Shown: positions 47,802-59,059 of the stretch, one piece after another
Layout of the letters: every line of letters begins with the position of its first letter
Numbering within the stretch: the first letter of the stretch is position 1
Assembly: GCA_002256025.1 (NCBI GenBank)
Contig: NKIB01012713.1
Coordinates: forward strand, 1 to 64,000
Reading direction: 5' to 3'
Length of the DNA stretch: 64,000 nucleotides
Source: Asterionella formosa
Lineage: Eukaryota
Notes under the pieces: generated by a model
What the model saw: only the letters and a program-made list of their open reading frames with translations
What the model was told of the DNA's origin: nothing
Database searches by the model: none
Made by a program: the position numbers and the translations under genes

Positions 47802-49799
47802 TTACGCAAATTTCTTTGCCACGTCGTCTGCCATGTCCCATTGATTTACGCAAGCATCGACACCCACAGACAGCAACTTGAATCCTTTCAGAAATGCAAT
47901 TCCGGTAACTCCACCTCGATGAGCAAAATTGTAATGCAATCGTTTTGTTTTATTGGCAAGACTCCAAAGATAAATGGAATCGTCGGCTCCACCTGTGGCC
48001 AATACAGTGTCATCTGCTGACCAAGACAAGCACGTGATGCGTTGGGTATGAAAGCACCAACGAGACTTGCCAACGATAGAAGAATAGATCCCATCTTCGA
48101 GACTCCAGACACATACGTCCCGTACGTCGGCAGAAGCAAGTTTGGTTTGATCATGAGAGAGTGCCAAGGCGTGGACTGGTTTCAAATGTCCAATGTTAAT
48201 CTCATGTTTTGGATTGAGCGTAAAGTCACTCAACACCGTATACACATAAATCTTGCAATCTTGCCCGCCTACATAAAGCGTTGAATCGTCCTTGGACATT
48301 GCTATCGAGAGCCCAGATGCCTTCAATGAAAGTACCCCGGGGGAAACTTTTGCGCCATCCTTTACCAGAACAATCCCGGAAACTGTCAATACTGCTGTTA
48401 GTTGAGTTCCACACGACATGGCATGTGGCTGTGCCTCCAAGGCAATAGTTCCTACAACATCGTTCGTTTTATCGATCACTCTCACAGTATCGTCCCAGCC
48501 TGCCGTTAATAGTGCACCAGTACAATTACAAGCCAACGAAGAAATGACCGCATCGCCATGCATCTTTCCAAGCATATCCGTCGACTCGGGTGGTTGGATT
48601 CTCTTGATAGCCTTGCCTGTTTCCATATTCCATTGGCAAACCACTCCATCCGTATCTCCAGTATAAAATAGTCCATTCAACCCAATGGCAAGACCTGCAA
48701 TAGGTGCGCTATGACCAGTCAAAATTTTCAAGGTGTCTATGCCACTCTCGAGCATCGGTGGTTTGGGCAACATGGTGAGTTGACCATTCAAACCAACTGA
48801 TACTGGCACGTCACCGCCCACAAAGGCGCATCCGACTTGCATCCCTCCGATGGGAGTTTTCTCCAAAATCTGAGCACCAATTTGAAGCTCGGCCACATTC
48901 CATGTGTGCACAACTTCCAAAGGTTCTACCGACAAGAGCTTGACGGTTCCATCTGCCGAGCACGTCAATAGAAATTTGTCATTTGGGCTCCACGCACATG
49001 CATATATTGTCCCCTCATGCACTTGCTCCAAATTCGCCAATTTGGTTCCTGTTTTACCATCGTAAATCACAACCATCTTGTCAGCTCCCACCGACGCCAC
49101 CTTGTCCCCCGCCGCATTGTAGCGAACACAATTGACAGCGCCCTTGACATGTGCACCTTCAGTCGGCGTTCCATCCATGATACGCTTGAATGGTGGTCCC
49201 GCATGGAACACGACTCTCGAATCGTCCATGCCTGACGTGACGAGTCTCATGGGACGGTTAGGTTTCATATCACACGAGACGGCTCGTCCACGGGCATGTT
49301 GCGTCAATTCTCCACAGGTTACGCCAGTGTCCCATTGAACGACCTTGGCGCAATCGGACGAGGCATCCATGCGCTCTCCGACGACAGCAATCCTCTTTCC
49401 TTCCGCATCCCACGCAATATCTCTAATCGGGCCCGTAAATAGTTGCAATTCTAGTTTGCAAAAATGCTGTGGATTGTCATAGGCCCACACACGCAATTTG
49501 CCCCTAGAGTCGCCACTTGCCACGTAACATCCTGATGGTGCGAATTGAGCGGCAGTGACTGGATGGACATGACCTCGGTACACAAAGGACTGATGGTGCT
49601 GATCATCATCGAGGTATTGCACCACGACGGACTTTCCAGACCCGTACAGCAAAACGCTGTGGCTATCTTGATGGAACCGCCCTCCCTTGCCTGACACGAC
49701 GCAGGACTCTCCTCGTGTTGTGGAAGGCAAGGGAGGTCCGAGGACCAACAATGGATGAGAGGGAGGGATGCAACTGTTGCTAGCGTCGACCGAGGCCAT
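47802..49799 (-). CDS. AIP1: Actin-interacting protein 1 (WD40, WDR1 family)
   Basis: FAPSGCYVASGD..GKLRVW, GPIRDIAWD..GKRI.VVG, KPNRPMR, GPPFK, VNCVRY, W.FHT.RI...W; two-propeller length. Confidence 0.92.
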   Translation of the reverse strand: MASVDASNSCIPPSHPLLVLGPPLPSTTRGESCVVSGKGGRFHQDSHSVLLYGSGKSVVVQYLDDDQHHQSFVYRGHVHPVTAAQFAPSGCYVASGDSRGKLRVWAYDNPQHFCKLELQLFTGPIRDIAWDAEGKRIAVVGERMDASSDCAKVVQWDTGVTCGELTQHARGRAVSCDMKPNRPMRLVTSGMDDSRVVFHAGPPFKRIMDGTPTEGAHVKGAVNCVRYNAAGDKVASVGADKMVVIYDGKTGTKLANLEQVHEGTIYACAWSPNDKFLLTCSADGTVKLLSVEPLEVVHTWNVAELQIGAQILEKTPIGGMQVGCAFVGGDVPVSVGLNGQLTMLPKPPMLESGIDTLKILTGHSAPIAGLAIGLNGLFYTGDTDGVVCQWNMETGKAIKRIQPPESTDMLGKMHGDAVISSLACNCTGALLTAGWDDTVRVIDKTNDVVGTIALEAQPHAMSCGTQLTAVLTVSGIVLVKDGAKVSPGVLSLKASGLSIAMSKDDSTLYVGGQDCKIYVYTVLSDFTLNPKHEINIGHLKPVHALALSHDQTKLASADVRDVCVWSLEDGIYSSIVGKSRWCFHTQRITCLSWSADDTVLATGGADDSIYLWSLANKTKRLHYNFAHRGGVTGIAFLKGFKLLSVGVDACVNQWDMADDVAKKFA

Positions 49800-50052
49800 G
49801 GCTGTACTTCTGATTGTGTGTTTTGGTTTTTATTTGGTGGAGGATTCTCGGTGCGACAGTGGGAGAAAAATGGCAGACATGGCTGAAAATCGTTATCTTT
49901 AATAAATTAATTTGAAAAATACCGGTTTGTACCTACGGGTATGATTCGCACAGACAAATAGGCAGACAGGCGAACAAAACTAATATGCCGGAATGCTGAA
50001 TACTGGGAGCTACTTACCAGGAACCCTGGTACTCCTATGATATCAAAGTACT

Positions 50053-50141
50053 GCAAGTTGCGGTAATTGTGCTGCAACTAAAAATGTAGCTATCTTTATC
50101 CCATATTAAATGTTAGTTTAAGCAAAATGACCGCAACTTGC
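50053..50141 (+). mobile_element. ~90-bp MITE-like element, best-preserved copy
   Basis: Perfect 12-bp TIR GCAAGTTGCGGT ... ACCGCAACTTGC around an AT-rich core. Confidence 0.8.
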
Positions 50142-50477
50142 TCTGGTATCCTCAAGAATCATTGACTCAGTTACCGGGTATGGCTTTTCTTTTTTTCTTT
50201 GTTGTCCGGCACGGCTGGTGGTTTGCACGCGTTTGTTGACATCTGCTCAAAATGTCGGATGATGATGTGACTGACGATGCTGATGCATTGCTTTTGATGT
50301 TTGGCATCACACTTTCTCGTTGAATTATTAAAGAGTTACCGGTAGTAGCTATTAGCTACCAGTCCTGCACTCATTTACTTTTTGAATCCACTGGTTTTTT
50401 CATCGAACCAATCGCTTCAACCATTTTAATATCCTCATTTACTATACCACCGGCTGCCCGAAACGAATCAATTTGAT

Positions 50478-51497
50478 ATGGTGTTCTCAGTGGTAAATCT
50501 AGTTCCCTTTCTGCTTTTTTCACTTGCTCCCATAACCATTAAGGCGCTGGTATCCAGTTCCAACAACAAGAAGAAGGTCGTCAACCACAAAAACATTCCA
50601 ACCCGCCGTCTATCTCCTCCATTTCCCAATGGCCCATGTGGAGGATCCATTGTCATTCTCCCTAAAGAAGACACATTTGGAATTTCGGAACAATTAAATG
50701 GCAACACCTTTGTGCTGCCCCCTCGTGATATTCAAGTGTGGCTGCCTCCCGGCTACAATCAACAGCAGCACCCCGTCTTGTACACTCATGATGGACAAAA
50801 TTGTATGGACGATGCAGATAGTTGGACTGGAACATCTTGGCGTATGATGGGAGCCTTGACACGACTTCAAGAACGTCATCTCTTGCAAGGACCGACACCA
50901 ATTGTTGTGCTCTTGCCATCGGCACAAGATGATTTAGTACCCGGCATTGTGCGACGACGGCATATGGAATATGCCGGAGATGGAGTCTTTGCTGAAGCAC
51001 ATTATGAATTCATAGCAAAAACTGTCAAACCCTTGGTGGATTCACTCTTTGACACGAACCCCAAGGAAAGTTACGTCATTGGGACCAGTATGGGAGGACA
51101 AGCATCTTTGCAGTTGCTATGTCGCTATCCTCACCTTTTTCAAGGTGCTGCCTGTCTGTCTCCAGCCTTTGATCCAGCCACCTTTGCGGCTGTTGTGCAG
51201 AAGCGTCATGTTCTCAAAACAAAGAAACTCTATCTTGACATTGGAGGTGATTTTGGTGATAATAAAGTACCATGGCTGGATTTGTTGGATCACGTGACAC
51301 AACACCATTGGTGGAATCCTGGATACTTTTGGCTAGATACGCAATTGCAGCCCTCTGTCGAAGCCATGAAATGGATTTTGGAAATGGCAGGAGTGCAATT
51401 TGATTATCAGCAAGTGGCAGGAGGTCGACACAATGAACGAGCATGGAGTCAACGGATTGATTTGCCTCTATTGCATTTATTGGGCAAACGACCCTAG
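50478..51497 (+). CDS. Putative esterase (enterochelin esterase/IroE-like alpha/beta hydrolase) with signal peptide
   Basis: RDIQVWLPPGY, HPVLYTHDGQN, VKPLVD, nucleophile motif GTSMGG, LYLDIG, HNERAW. Confidence 0.88.
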   Translation: MVFSVVNLVPFLLFSLAPITIKALVSSSNNKKKVVNHKNIPTRRLSPPFPNGPCGGSIVILPKEDTFGISEQLNGNTFVLPPRDIQVWLPPGYNQQQHPVLYTHDGQNCMDDADSWTGTSWRMMGALTRLQERHLLQGPTPIVVLLPSAQDDLVPGIVRRRHMEYAGDGVFAEAHYEFIAKTVKPLVDSLFDTNPKESYVIGTSMGGQASLQLLCRYPHLFQGAACLSPAFDPATFAAVVQKRHVLKTKKLYLDIGGDFGDNKVPWLDLLDHVTQHHWWNPGYFWLDTQLQPSVEAMKWILEMAGVQFDYQQVAGGRHNERAWSQRIDLPLLHLLGKRP

Positions 51498-51939
51498 TAA
51501 AAATGGAAAAGTTTTGGAGGGTCAATACATCATGCACTCTGATGTAGTTACATTTCAGTCTTGATGGCGAGGATCCTCTGAATGGTTATATCGAGGCAAG
51601 GTTTCATAGGATTCAATGACAACTAACAGAAAAATTGGCAAAATTGTTGGTGACGAGCTAGCTACATAAGCATAGAATGGTTATGAGAACCATTTTAAAT
51701 GTTAGTTAACAAACTCCACGTGATTCGATCAATGGTACCAGGGCGAACGCTATGGCGTATTGATGAGAGAGCTCCTCCAAAAGGAAATTCTCGACCTTTT
51801 GATTTTGTAACATGCGAGAACTAATTGTCTCCTTCAGTTGTGGTAGATTATTTTGTGGAAGAAACTATCTAGTTTCACTCATGTAACTATAGATCTTAAC
51901 TCATCTATTATGAAATAATTCTTGTTTCATTCCAATCAA

Positions 51940-54900
51940 CTAAATTTCGGATGGTTGTCCAAACCCCACCTCATGGAGTATTTGCGGTACTACTAAAGGA
52001 TATCTTCCATGCGTTGACACATAACTCGTCACGTCGAAGTTTTCTACGCCTGCGACGCCTTGTATAGGATGTGTTCCTGCGGTAACACGAGAAACTCCTT
52101 TCCAGGTTCGAATCTGAAATAGGTACGTTAGAAAAAAATCGCTTTGACTGTAGCAATTTATAACTCGGCCGCCAACAATTTCCCGACAAGTACACCATTC
52201 AGACGCATCAACAAGGCGAGGCATGCCGATGAAGCATACATCTTCAATGATGCTGGAGGGTTCACGCGTGTATTCCATGACCTCTTCTTTTTCTTTTTTG
52301 CTCGCTATTTCGGATACCCTTTTCTTAATGCGCCAGCCTATTCTCTTGGTTTCTATTTCGTCTGCTTTTTCAATATCTTTCTCTGCGTCGAAGTCTCCCG
52401 CTTCCTCAGTATTGGATGCTTGCTCAGTTGCAGCAGTTTTCATGCGCTGGCTCCCCTTCTTGGGCGGTTCTTCTTCGGCCATTTTTTCACTATCCTTTTC
52501 TATCGCGGCCTGTCGCTGCTGCTCTTCCCAAACTAATTGATGCCTCGCCAGTTCTTGTAAACAAGAAAAAATGACACGAGCTCCAAAAGAGTATCCTATC
52601 AGGCTCACCGGACGGCGCTCCTCACTGTTCAAGAGGCAATTGGCCAATTCGATACCAGCATAATCAGCACGGAATGATATCAACTGGTACGGATCATCAA
52701 TGACATTTAAACACGTGGCAATAGCGGAGGGAATGTGAACGGCCGCTACGACACCGCCGATAATAGTCTGTTTTGCAAGTTCCTTGGAAACTTGATTGCC
52801 GATTTCAAGAAACATTAAATTAACAACACGGCACAGGCGAGAGAGGAGGTCTGTTTCCCAAGTAATTGTGTAGAGCTCACCACCAAACGACGCTTGCCAA
52901 TCCCACACAATCACGTCGAAGTCTTTCTTGGCAAACTCTTCTCGTGAGTCAATACTTTCTTCTGACTCCTTACTACCCTTAGTATGGGTGCTAGAGTCGT
53001 CAATCTCGTCCGGAACTAACTTTTCTGAGACGCTTGCAATGACATCTGATTGCGAGGTAACTCTATGCTTGATATCCTTGTCATCTTTCTTTTCTTCTCC
53101 TTGATCCCCACTAACTTGAACACGTGGAATAATAACCTTGCCATCGACCTCGAATGTTTCATTACTAGGAAGTGGCGATACTGTCTTTAAATACACAGGT
53201 GTCGCATCTGGAATTTTCTCAGTGACAGTCAGCTCACTTTCCGTTGGCCGTCCTTCAAAAGTACCCACATCAGTACGTGCAGGTTTGGGGGCTCCAACTT
53301 CGTCTGTTTCTATGCGATTGGATTCGTCCGATGAAATCTTCGTTGGTTCAACAAGGACGCGCGTTGCTGTAACGAGAGTTAAAGGTTCTTGAGTCTCATC
53401 TAATTTCAAGTCATGCCTGAGCTTGTTGTCTACAAAATCACTAGGATCAATTGTGACGACCTCCGGTTGGTGATCATCCAAGAAATCATTCTGTTTTTCT
53501 TTATCAACCAATCTTGGCGAGTTTTCATAATTGAATTGCTCCTTGTTCGTGAGAAGAACCTCGGCAACATTCTCGTCATTGTATGTAAACTGTAATTTTT
53601 TGGGTGAAGCTTTGGGACCATCGTTTGGATCAACTTGGACTTGAATATCTTGCTCATGGGTGGTTTCATGATCAGCGATTGAGACTGAACGATAATTTAA
53701 GCCCGAGTTTCCAATTCTAGATGGTTCACGAGTAGGAGAATAAGCCAACGGGGCATTCATGGCTTCTAGCATAGCGATATCTTCAATTAATTCCAACTGC
53801 ACAATTTTCGTACTAACAACGTCTTGTTTGTGTTGCTCATCCATCACTTCCGTCATGGCTAATAATTCATCAGGTTCAGTACATTCATCAGATTTAGTAT
53901 TGTCTTTTGGGTCAAGCAGTTCTGGGGCATGCTGTTTCAGCCATATATCATCGTTTTCGTCTCCTCCTACGAAGAATTCGTCATTCATTGCTTCCATCTT
54001 GCTGAGCATGGAGTTGCTCTCGAAAACTTCACCCAGTCTATTGCCATGTGGTAAGACATACTCCTTCAAAGAAGCAGCAATTGTCCTTTCCATCTCCAAA
54101 GTCACCACTGGCTCTTCGCCCATGGTATCAAAGGGCAACAAGTGGGAAGGGTCGCATCCATACCGACGCTCTAATCCTTCCCATAAATGCTTTTCCTTCG
54201 TTATCTTTGCATTTTCCTTTTCCTTCTTATTCATGGACTTTCCGTTCTCCTTCGTTGTATCGATCTTGAGCAGTGCGTGACAAAAGTGGATCTTTTCTGG
54301 GCCATGCACTGCAAGAAACCTTTGCAATAGGTCCATTTTGTCTTGATTGGGTGGATCCGTGGGCATGATGCCCCAAGCTCGTTGAAAGTCTAATTTTTCC
54401 AAGAGCCATCCAGTCACCGCAACCGTTGCATGCAAGCCTTGAATCTGTACTTCCTCAGCATTTCCGGTTTTGTTTTCTTTTCTGATTTTCCATTCAGTCA
54501 ACATTTCAGTGCGTTTCTTCATTTTGTAAGCTGCCATGCCACCACCTGTAACTCCAAACATGGCTGCAAGGGCAGTGGTGGTTGTGAGGGTAGCAAATGC
54601 AGCAGATCCAGTTCCGATACCAAACGCCGAAATGGCCGCGACCAAAGCTGGAGCTGCCAGACCTCCAGTAATGGCGAAGATACCTCCGACAACTAAACCA
54701 ACAGATCCAACTGCCAGCGTACGAATCACGAAACGCTTGGTGCGCCCTTTTCCTGTTATTGTGGGAGGAGATTCTTCTTCGGAAGTTTCAACAAGCGATC
54801 TAAAAATGTCCTCAGCGATGCACTTTTCAACATGTTCGAAACGTAGTGTCGCTTGCTTGCGTTTCGACATGTGAGGTTCATACAACGTTTGTTGAACTTC

Positions 54901-55494
54901 CATATCTTCCCCATCGAAATCGCCTTCTTTTGGTATATCTTGCTTTTTCAAGAAATACCAGTTGCGTGAACCGGCAGTTTGTATATCAGGTTGTTCCGCA
55001 TAGACTTCTTCCAAGAGTTCGACGCAAACACTCTTGACAACACTTCTCAGCCTCGCATCGTAATTGCCTTTTGATAAGAACAAAATATTCGACAGCAGCA
55101 TAGTGATACACTTGATCGGTTCTTTCACCTGCTCGGTGCTGGACAGTGAAGAGTCTTGCAAGTCTTCGACCTCCAACATGAGGCAGGACGAAACCATGGT
55201 CATCAATTCGTACTTGAGGTACTTCATTTGTCGATCTCGACAACCCAATTGTGTGATCCAAGACGTGCCTGCTTCTTCTTTCTTTGCGGCAAAGAATGAT
55301 GTACGGCGAGTATCTGGCAGCTGCCGTATCCTCAAGACTCGAGCTGCCACTTGAGCTTTTATTTTTCGATAAAGGAAAAGGCGGTCTGTTTTGAGGGGGA
55401 GTTTGAGATCATCGAGTTTGACGGGATTGTCCTCCTCGCCTTTCTTTGTAGGAGTAGGAGCTACGACGAAGCCATCCTCCTGAGAGGATGTCAT
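51940..55494 (-). CDS. DUF726/TMCO4-family protein with long acidic insertions
   Basis: NYDARLR, GGIFAITGGLAAP TM region, VTGWL, WET, RPVSLIGYSFGARVIFSCL, GRVINCYS..D, ENFDVT...H..Y. First ATG taken at MTSSQED. Confidence 0.88.
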   Translation of the reverse strand: MTSSQEDGFVVAPTPTKKGEEDNPVKLDDLKLPLKTDRLFLYRKIKAQVAARVLRIRQLPDTRRTSFFAAKKEEAGTSWITQLGCRDRQMKYLKYELMTMVSSCLMLEVEDLQDSSLSSTEQVKEPIKCITMLLSNILFLSKGNYDARLRSVVKSVCVELLEEVYAEQPDIQTAGSRNWYFLKKQDIPKEGDFDGEDMEVQQTLYEPHMSKRKQATLRFEHVEKCIAEDIFRSLVETSEEESPPTITGKGRTKRFVIRTLAVGSVGLVVGGIFAITGGLAAPALVAAISAFGIGTGSAAFATLTTTTALAAMFGVTGGGMAAYKMKKRTEMLTEWKIRKENKTGNAEEVQIQGLHATVAVTGWLLEKLDFQRAWGIMPTDPPNQDKMDLLQRFLAVHGPEKIHFCHALLKIDTTKENGKSMNKKEKENAKITKEKHLWEGLERRYGCDPSHLLPFDTMGEEPVVTLEMERTIAASLKEYVLPHGNRLGEVFESNSMLSKMEAMNDEFFVGGDENDDIWLKQHAPELLDPKDNTKSDECTEPDELLAMTEVMDEQHKQDVVSTKIVQLELIEDIAMLEAMNAPLAYSPTREPSRIGNSGLNYRSVSIADHETTHEQDIQVQVDPNDGPKASPKKLQFTYNDENVAEVLLTNKEQFNYENSPRLVDKEKQNDFLDDHQPEVVTIDPSDFVDNKLRHDLKLDETQEPLTLVTATRVLVEPTKISSDESNRIETDEVGAPKPARTDVGTFEGRPTESELTVTEKIPDATPVYLKTVSPLPSNETFEVDGKVIIPRVQVSGDQGEEKKDDKDIKHRVTSQSDVIASVSEKLVPDEIDDSSTHTKGSKESEESIDSREEFAKKDFDVIVWDWQASFGGELYTITWETDLLSRLCRVVNLMFLEIGNQVSKELAKQTIIGGVVAAVHIPSAIATCLNVIDDPYQLISFRADYAGIELANCLLNSEERRPVSLIGYSFGARVIFSCLQELARHQLVWEEQQRQAAIEKDSEKMAEEEPPKKGSQRMKTAATEQASNTEEAGDFDAEKDIEKADEIETKRIGWRIKKRVSEIASKKEKEEVMEYTREPSSIIEDVCFIGMPRLVDASEWCTCREIVGGRVINCYSQSDFFLTYLFQIRTWKGVSRVTAGTHPIQGVAGVENFDVTSYVSTHGRYPLVVPQILHEVGFGQPSEI

Positions 55495-57359
55495 TGTCTT
55501 ATTAATGTGGTCGCTAGGGGATGCTCCTATAATATGGCAAGACAACTGAAATCTTTGCAAGGTCAATATAACGACTGAGGTCGGAACAAATGGGGGCAAC
55601 TGTTTCTATGTAGAAGCAAGGGCTAATCCTATTATAGCAAACATGAATACCGGTATACCGCTACCGGTATGTGTGGAGAATAATGAACAGTGAACTACCT
55701 GTACCGGTACCAGTACCTGGTACTCCGAGTACCTGGTACCAGGTTACAAGGTCGTCCCTAGAGTACTTTCCTGTGAACAAGAATGCCAACGTATGTTCAC
55801 ATAATATATATAGGTATATATGTATGCCAAAGAGCGAAACGAACATTGATGACCGTTGCGAAAACGTTTAAATTTATTATATACCGGTATATATGTTTAG
55901 ACAGAAATTAATAATGTGTAAAGAAATGGAACAATGGTTTGAAACAGGCAGACCAGTGTGAATTGTGACCTACCGGTACCTAGTAGTACAATTGTAAGTG
56001 TATCTACCGGTAGCCGGTAGCGGTACCTGGTCGCTACATTATTCTTACTACCTGGCCTACCTGTACGGCCAGGTACCTGGTACCAGGTACAAGTTACCCT
56101 GGTATGATAACTGGTTCTTCGTATGATGTGACAAAATTATCGTGGTGGGGGGTAGCCGGTAAAACGGAGTCGAACATTTTCTTTTATGTTTCGGTCCCAG
56201 GAAACCTAGTACCTGGTGGTACCGGTACATCGTCATACATAGGTACCGGAAGCTAATCGCATGCCTCTTATCCTGCTTATATTCTGATACTACATAAGTA
56301 GTGCACCGGGTGTGATAGCTACCGGTATGCACTTACCGGATGATTCAGTGTCCTGGCCCCCTCAATGTACAATGCCGTGACTGAATTTGACTAATTTTAC
56401 TTAGGGGGGGCAGGAAAATGACGAGACTTCCCTTAAAATGGTCCTACCTAAATTTTATCGGTTCTACTGAATGGAGGACTTTTTTTCTAATTAATGTCCT
56501 CGTTTCTTTCTGTGAAAAAAGAAAAGATTATCTAGGCTACGGAAACAATGAGGTTGATGTCACAATGAATTCTACATATGTCTATGAACCGGCAAATACT
56601 TAGCGATGTGACATATCCGCTTGGAAAGAGCTCGTTTCGTGAAACTTTTTAATTGAGGTCCTGGTACCAGCTACTAATCCTACATACATACATTTGCAGA
56701 GGAATAACAATGCAGGAGCTATTATGAATAATAGGAACTCCTTACCTGGTACCAGTTACCTGGTACTTGGAATTTGAGTACCAGGAGTATAAAACAATCA
56801 GCAGCAGGCTGCACAAACGGCGACAACGGACAGTCGGACCTCGCAGCGTCGTTAAATAATTAATAGTAGGAGTAGCTACCGGTAGTGTGCCAAAGGCCCG
56901 TTCTTATCATTCTGTCACTGGTCGTCATTGGTGCATCATCTCCCAAATATGATACAAAAATAGCGGTTTGGTTTTTTTGTGTATCACCAACGGTTTTTTG
57001 GTTTGATCACTGGTGTATCATGAGTGTATCACTGATACAGTTTTTGGACCCCTGACCAATCCTGTATCAGTGATACAGCCATTGATTGCTGTGTATCACA
57101 TCCATTGGCACTGATAAAATAACTGTAAAAAAGCAAGCACAACACTCTTAGATATTACGCAAACTAATTTTTTGTTGCATATATATTCTGTATACACTTA
57201 CTTTCAGCTTTGTCAGTCAAACAAGAATAAGTAGTCCACTCATCTTTATACCTGTCTTCCAACATTGACAATATCTTGATTAATTGGCACAATGAGTAGC
57301 AAAGTAGAGGATACAACTGAAACTTCTGATGCTGCCAATATTCCAATTTCGTAAAAGAG

Positions 57360-58960
57360 TCAATGCAGTGTAGCTGATGAGGACATCAAAGATATTGTTG
57401 AGTCGTCTACTGCTTGTCCAACCAACATTGACGAGATGGATCTTGTTGAAAAGTGGAAACCTCCAACTGCTGGTACACTTGATGTTGACGAGATGGGTCC
57501 ATCTGAAAATAAAATACCTCCAACTATTGGTGCACTTCTTGACATTGACAAGATGGGTCCACCTGGCTGAAAAGACTTTCCTGGTTGTCTAGCCAACAAG
57601 GATGAGCTCATCATCTCGCTCATGGTACCAGATGACTTCATTCTGGATGAAAGTGGGCTGGAATGGATTCATAAAAAAAGGTATTGACATAAAACACATA
57701 TCTTTCAGGGTTCTTCAATAAATTTGCGTAAGATTTAAAGTGTCAGGGTACAGGGATGGCAACTACTAAAAAAAAAGGAAGGAATTCATTATTTACTAAG
57801 AAAAGACTGGCTGGTTAGTCAACTATACCCTTCTATGATCACGTATAATGAAGTGATCGACATCCACAACAACAACAGCAATGAAGAAGAGAGTCGTGGC
57901 AATGTTGATATGGACTCTGATTCACAGAAAGAGAAGACAGATGAAGCAAGCAGACGAAGATTCTGACTATCTTCTTCATTCGCATACTAGCAGTGATGAC
58001 GATGACAAATCATTGCCTCTTCCTCCTCCTGTTGCAAAACAGGGCACAAATAAGAAAAAGGCTATAGTAGCAAAATCAACTCCTCCAAGCAGTGTCACTT
58101 GTGCCAACACATATTTTCGTGTCATCAATTTACACATAAGTGATGTGTTGATGCTTGGTCAGCCTCCAACTAGCTATGACTGAACTGGATACAAGGAAAT
58201 TAAGGCACAAATAAAATTTTGATAGACTGCTCATAACTACATTCCTTGATGATGACAATGATGACAGCAAAAATCTTGCCTTATCACAAGATCATTATTG
58301 GAAACAAATGGGGATAGGCAGTTGTTACCAAAAGACTTATGATGCTCTGTCCTCTGTCGAATTTTCTATGGAAATGGGGTACATTAATGATCATTACCAA
58401 ATTGAATACAGGAACAAAAAAGCCAGGAAGTCGTGATGACTTTCTTGACTTTGCTGGAAATGACCTTATATATATTACTACCATTTATGGTTATGCCAAG
58501 TTCCTAACCTTCTCAATTTTGCTATTCCATTGCTTTCAAAATCATCGTTCCGTGAAAGTACCACTGGCTGACTCTTAATGCTTATCATCGAAGACTGTTG
58601 GCTCGAAGAAATGAAAATGTTCATCTACTTCATCTAATCATTCCCATCATTCCTCTTCTATGGTACAAATGGCAAATGCATTAGAGTGTTTTTGAACGAG
58701 TAAATGCAGTGAAACTTCAAGTGCTTCTGTCTTCAGCAGTACCAAGACGCGAAAAAGAGATCCTAGATGTTCTGGATCTCTATAAAAGTAGTCTCAAGAA
58801 TGCTCGGAAGAATTTGGAAGAGTTAAAAAATCATGGTTATGATTCCGAAAAATCTGATGTAGTTCAGGCTCAATCAGAAATTAAGATATGCAAGAAAAGT
58901 TCAGACTGAAATAGAAAATTAGGAAATGCAAGAAAAAGCGGAATCGCTATTTTCACCGAC
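57360..58960 (+). pseudogene. Fragmented Harbinger accessory ORF (position of the Myb/SANT-like ORF)
   Basis: Broken acidic and coiled-coil frames (NTYFRVINL, LGQPPT, LKNARKNLEELK) and ~57-60 bp internal repeats at ~57420-57570. Identity is inferred from position only. Confidence 0.5.
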
Positions 58961-59059
58961 TTTCAGAAGGTGAAACATTTGATTAAATCCAACTAATGAA
59001 TAAATTATTTATTCGTACAAAATAAATTTATTTATTTTATTTTTTCCCCTTTTCCTCTC

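Noticed and set aside
56380..56660. Small transposon end (GGGGGGG start, ATATCCGCTTGGAAAGAGCTCG motif)
   Set aside because: No partner TIR or second copy found in the window.
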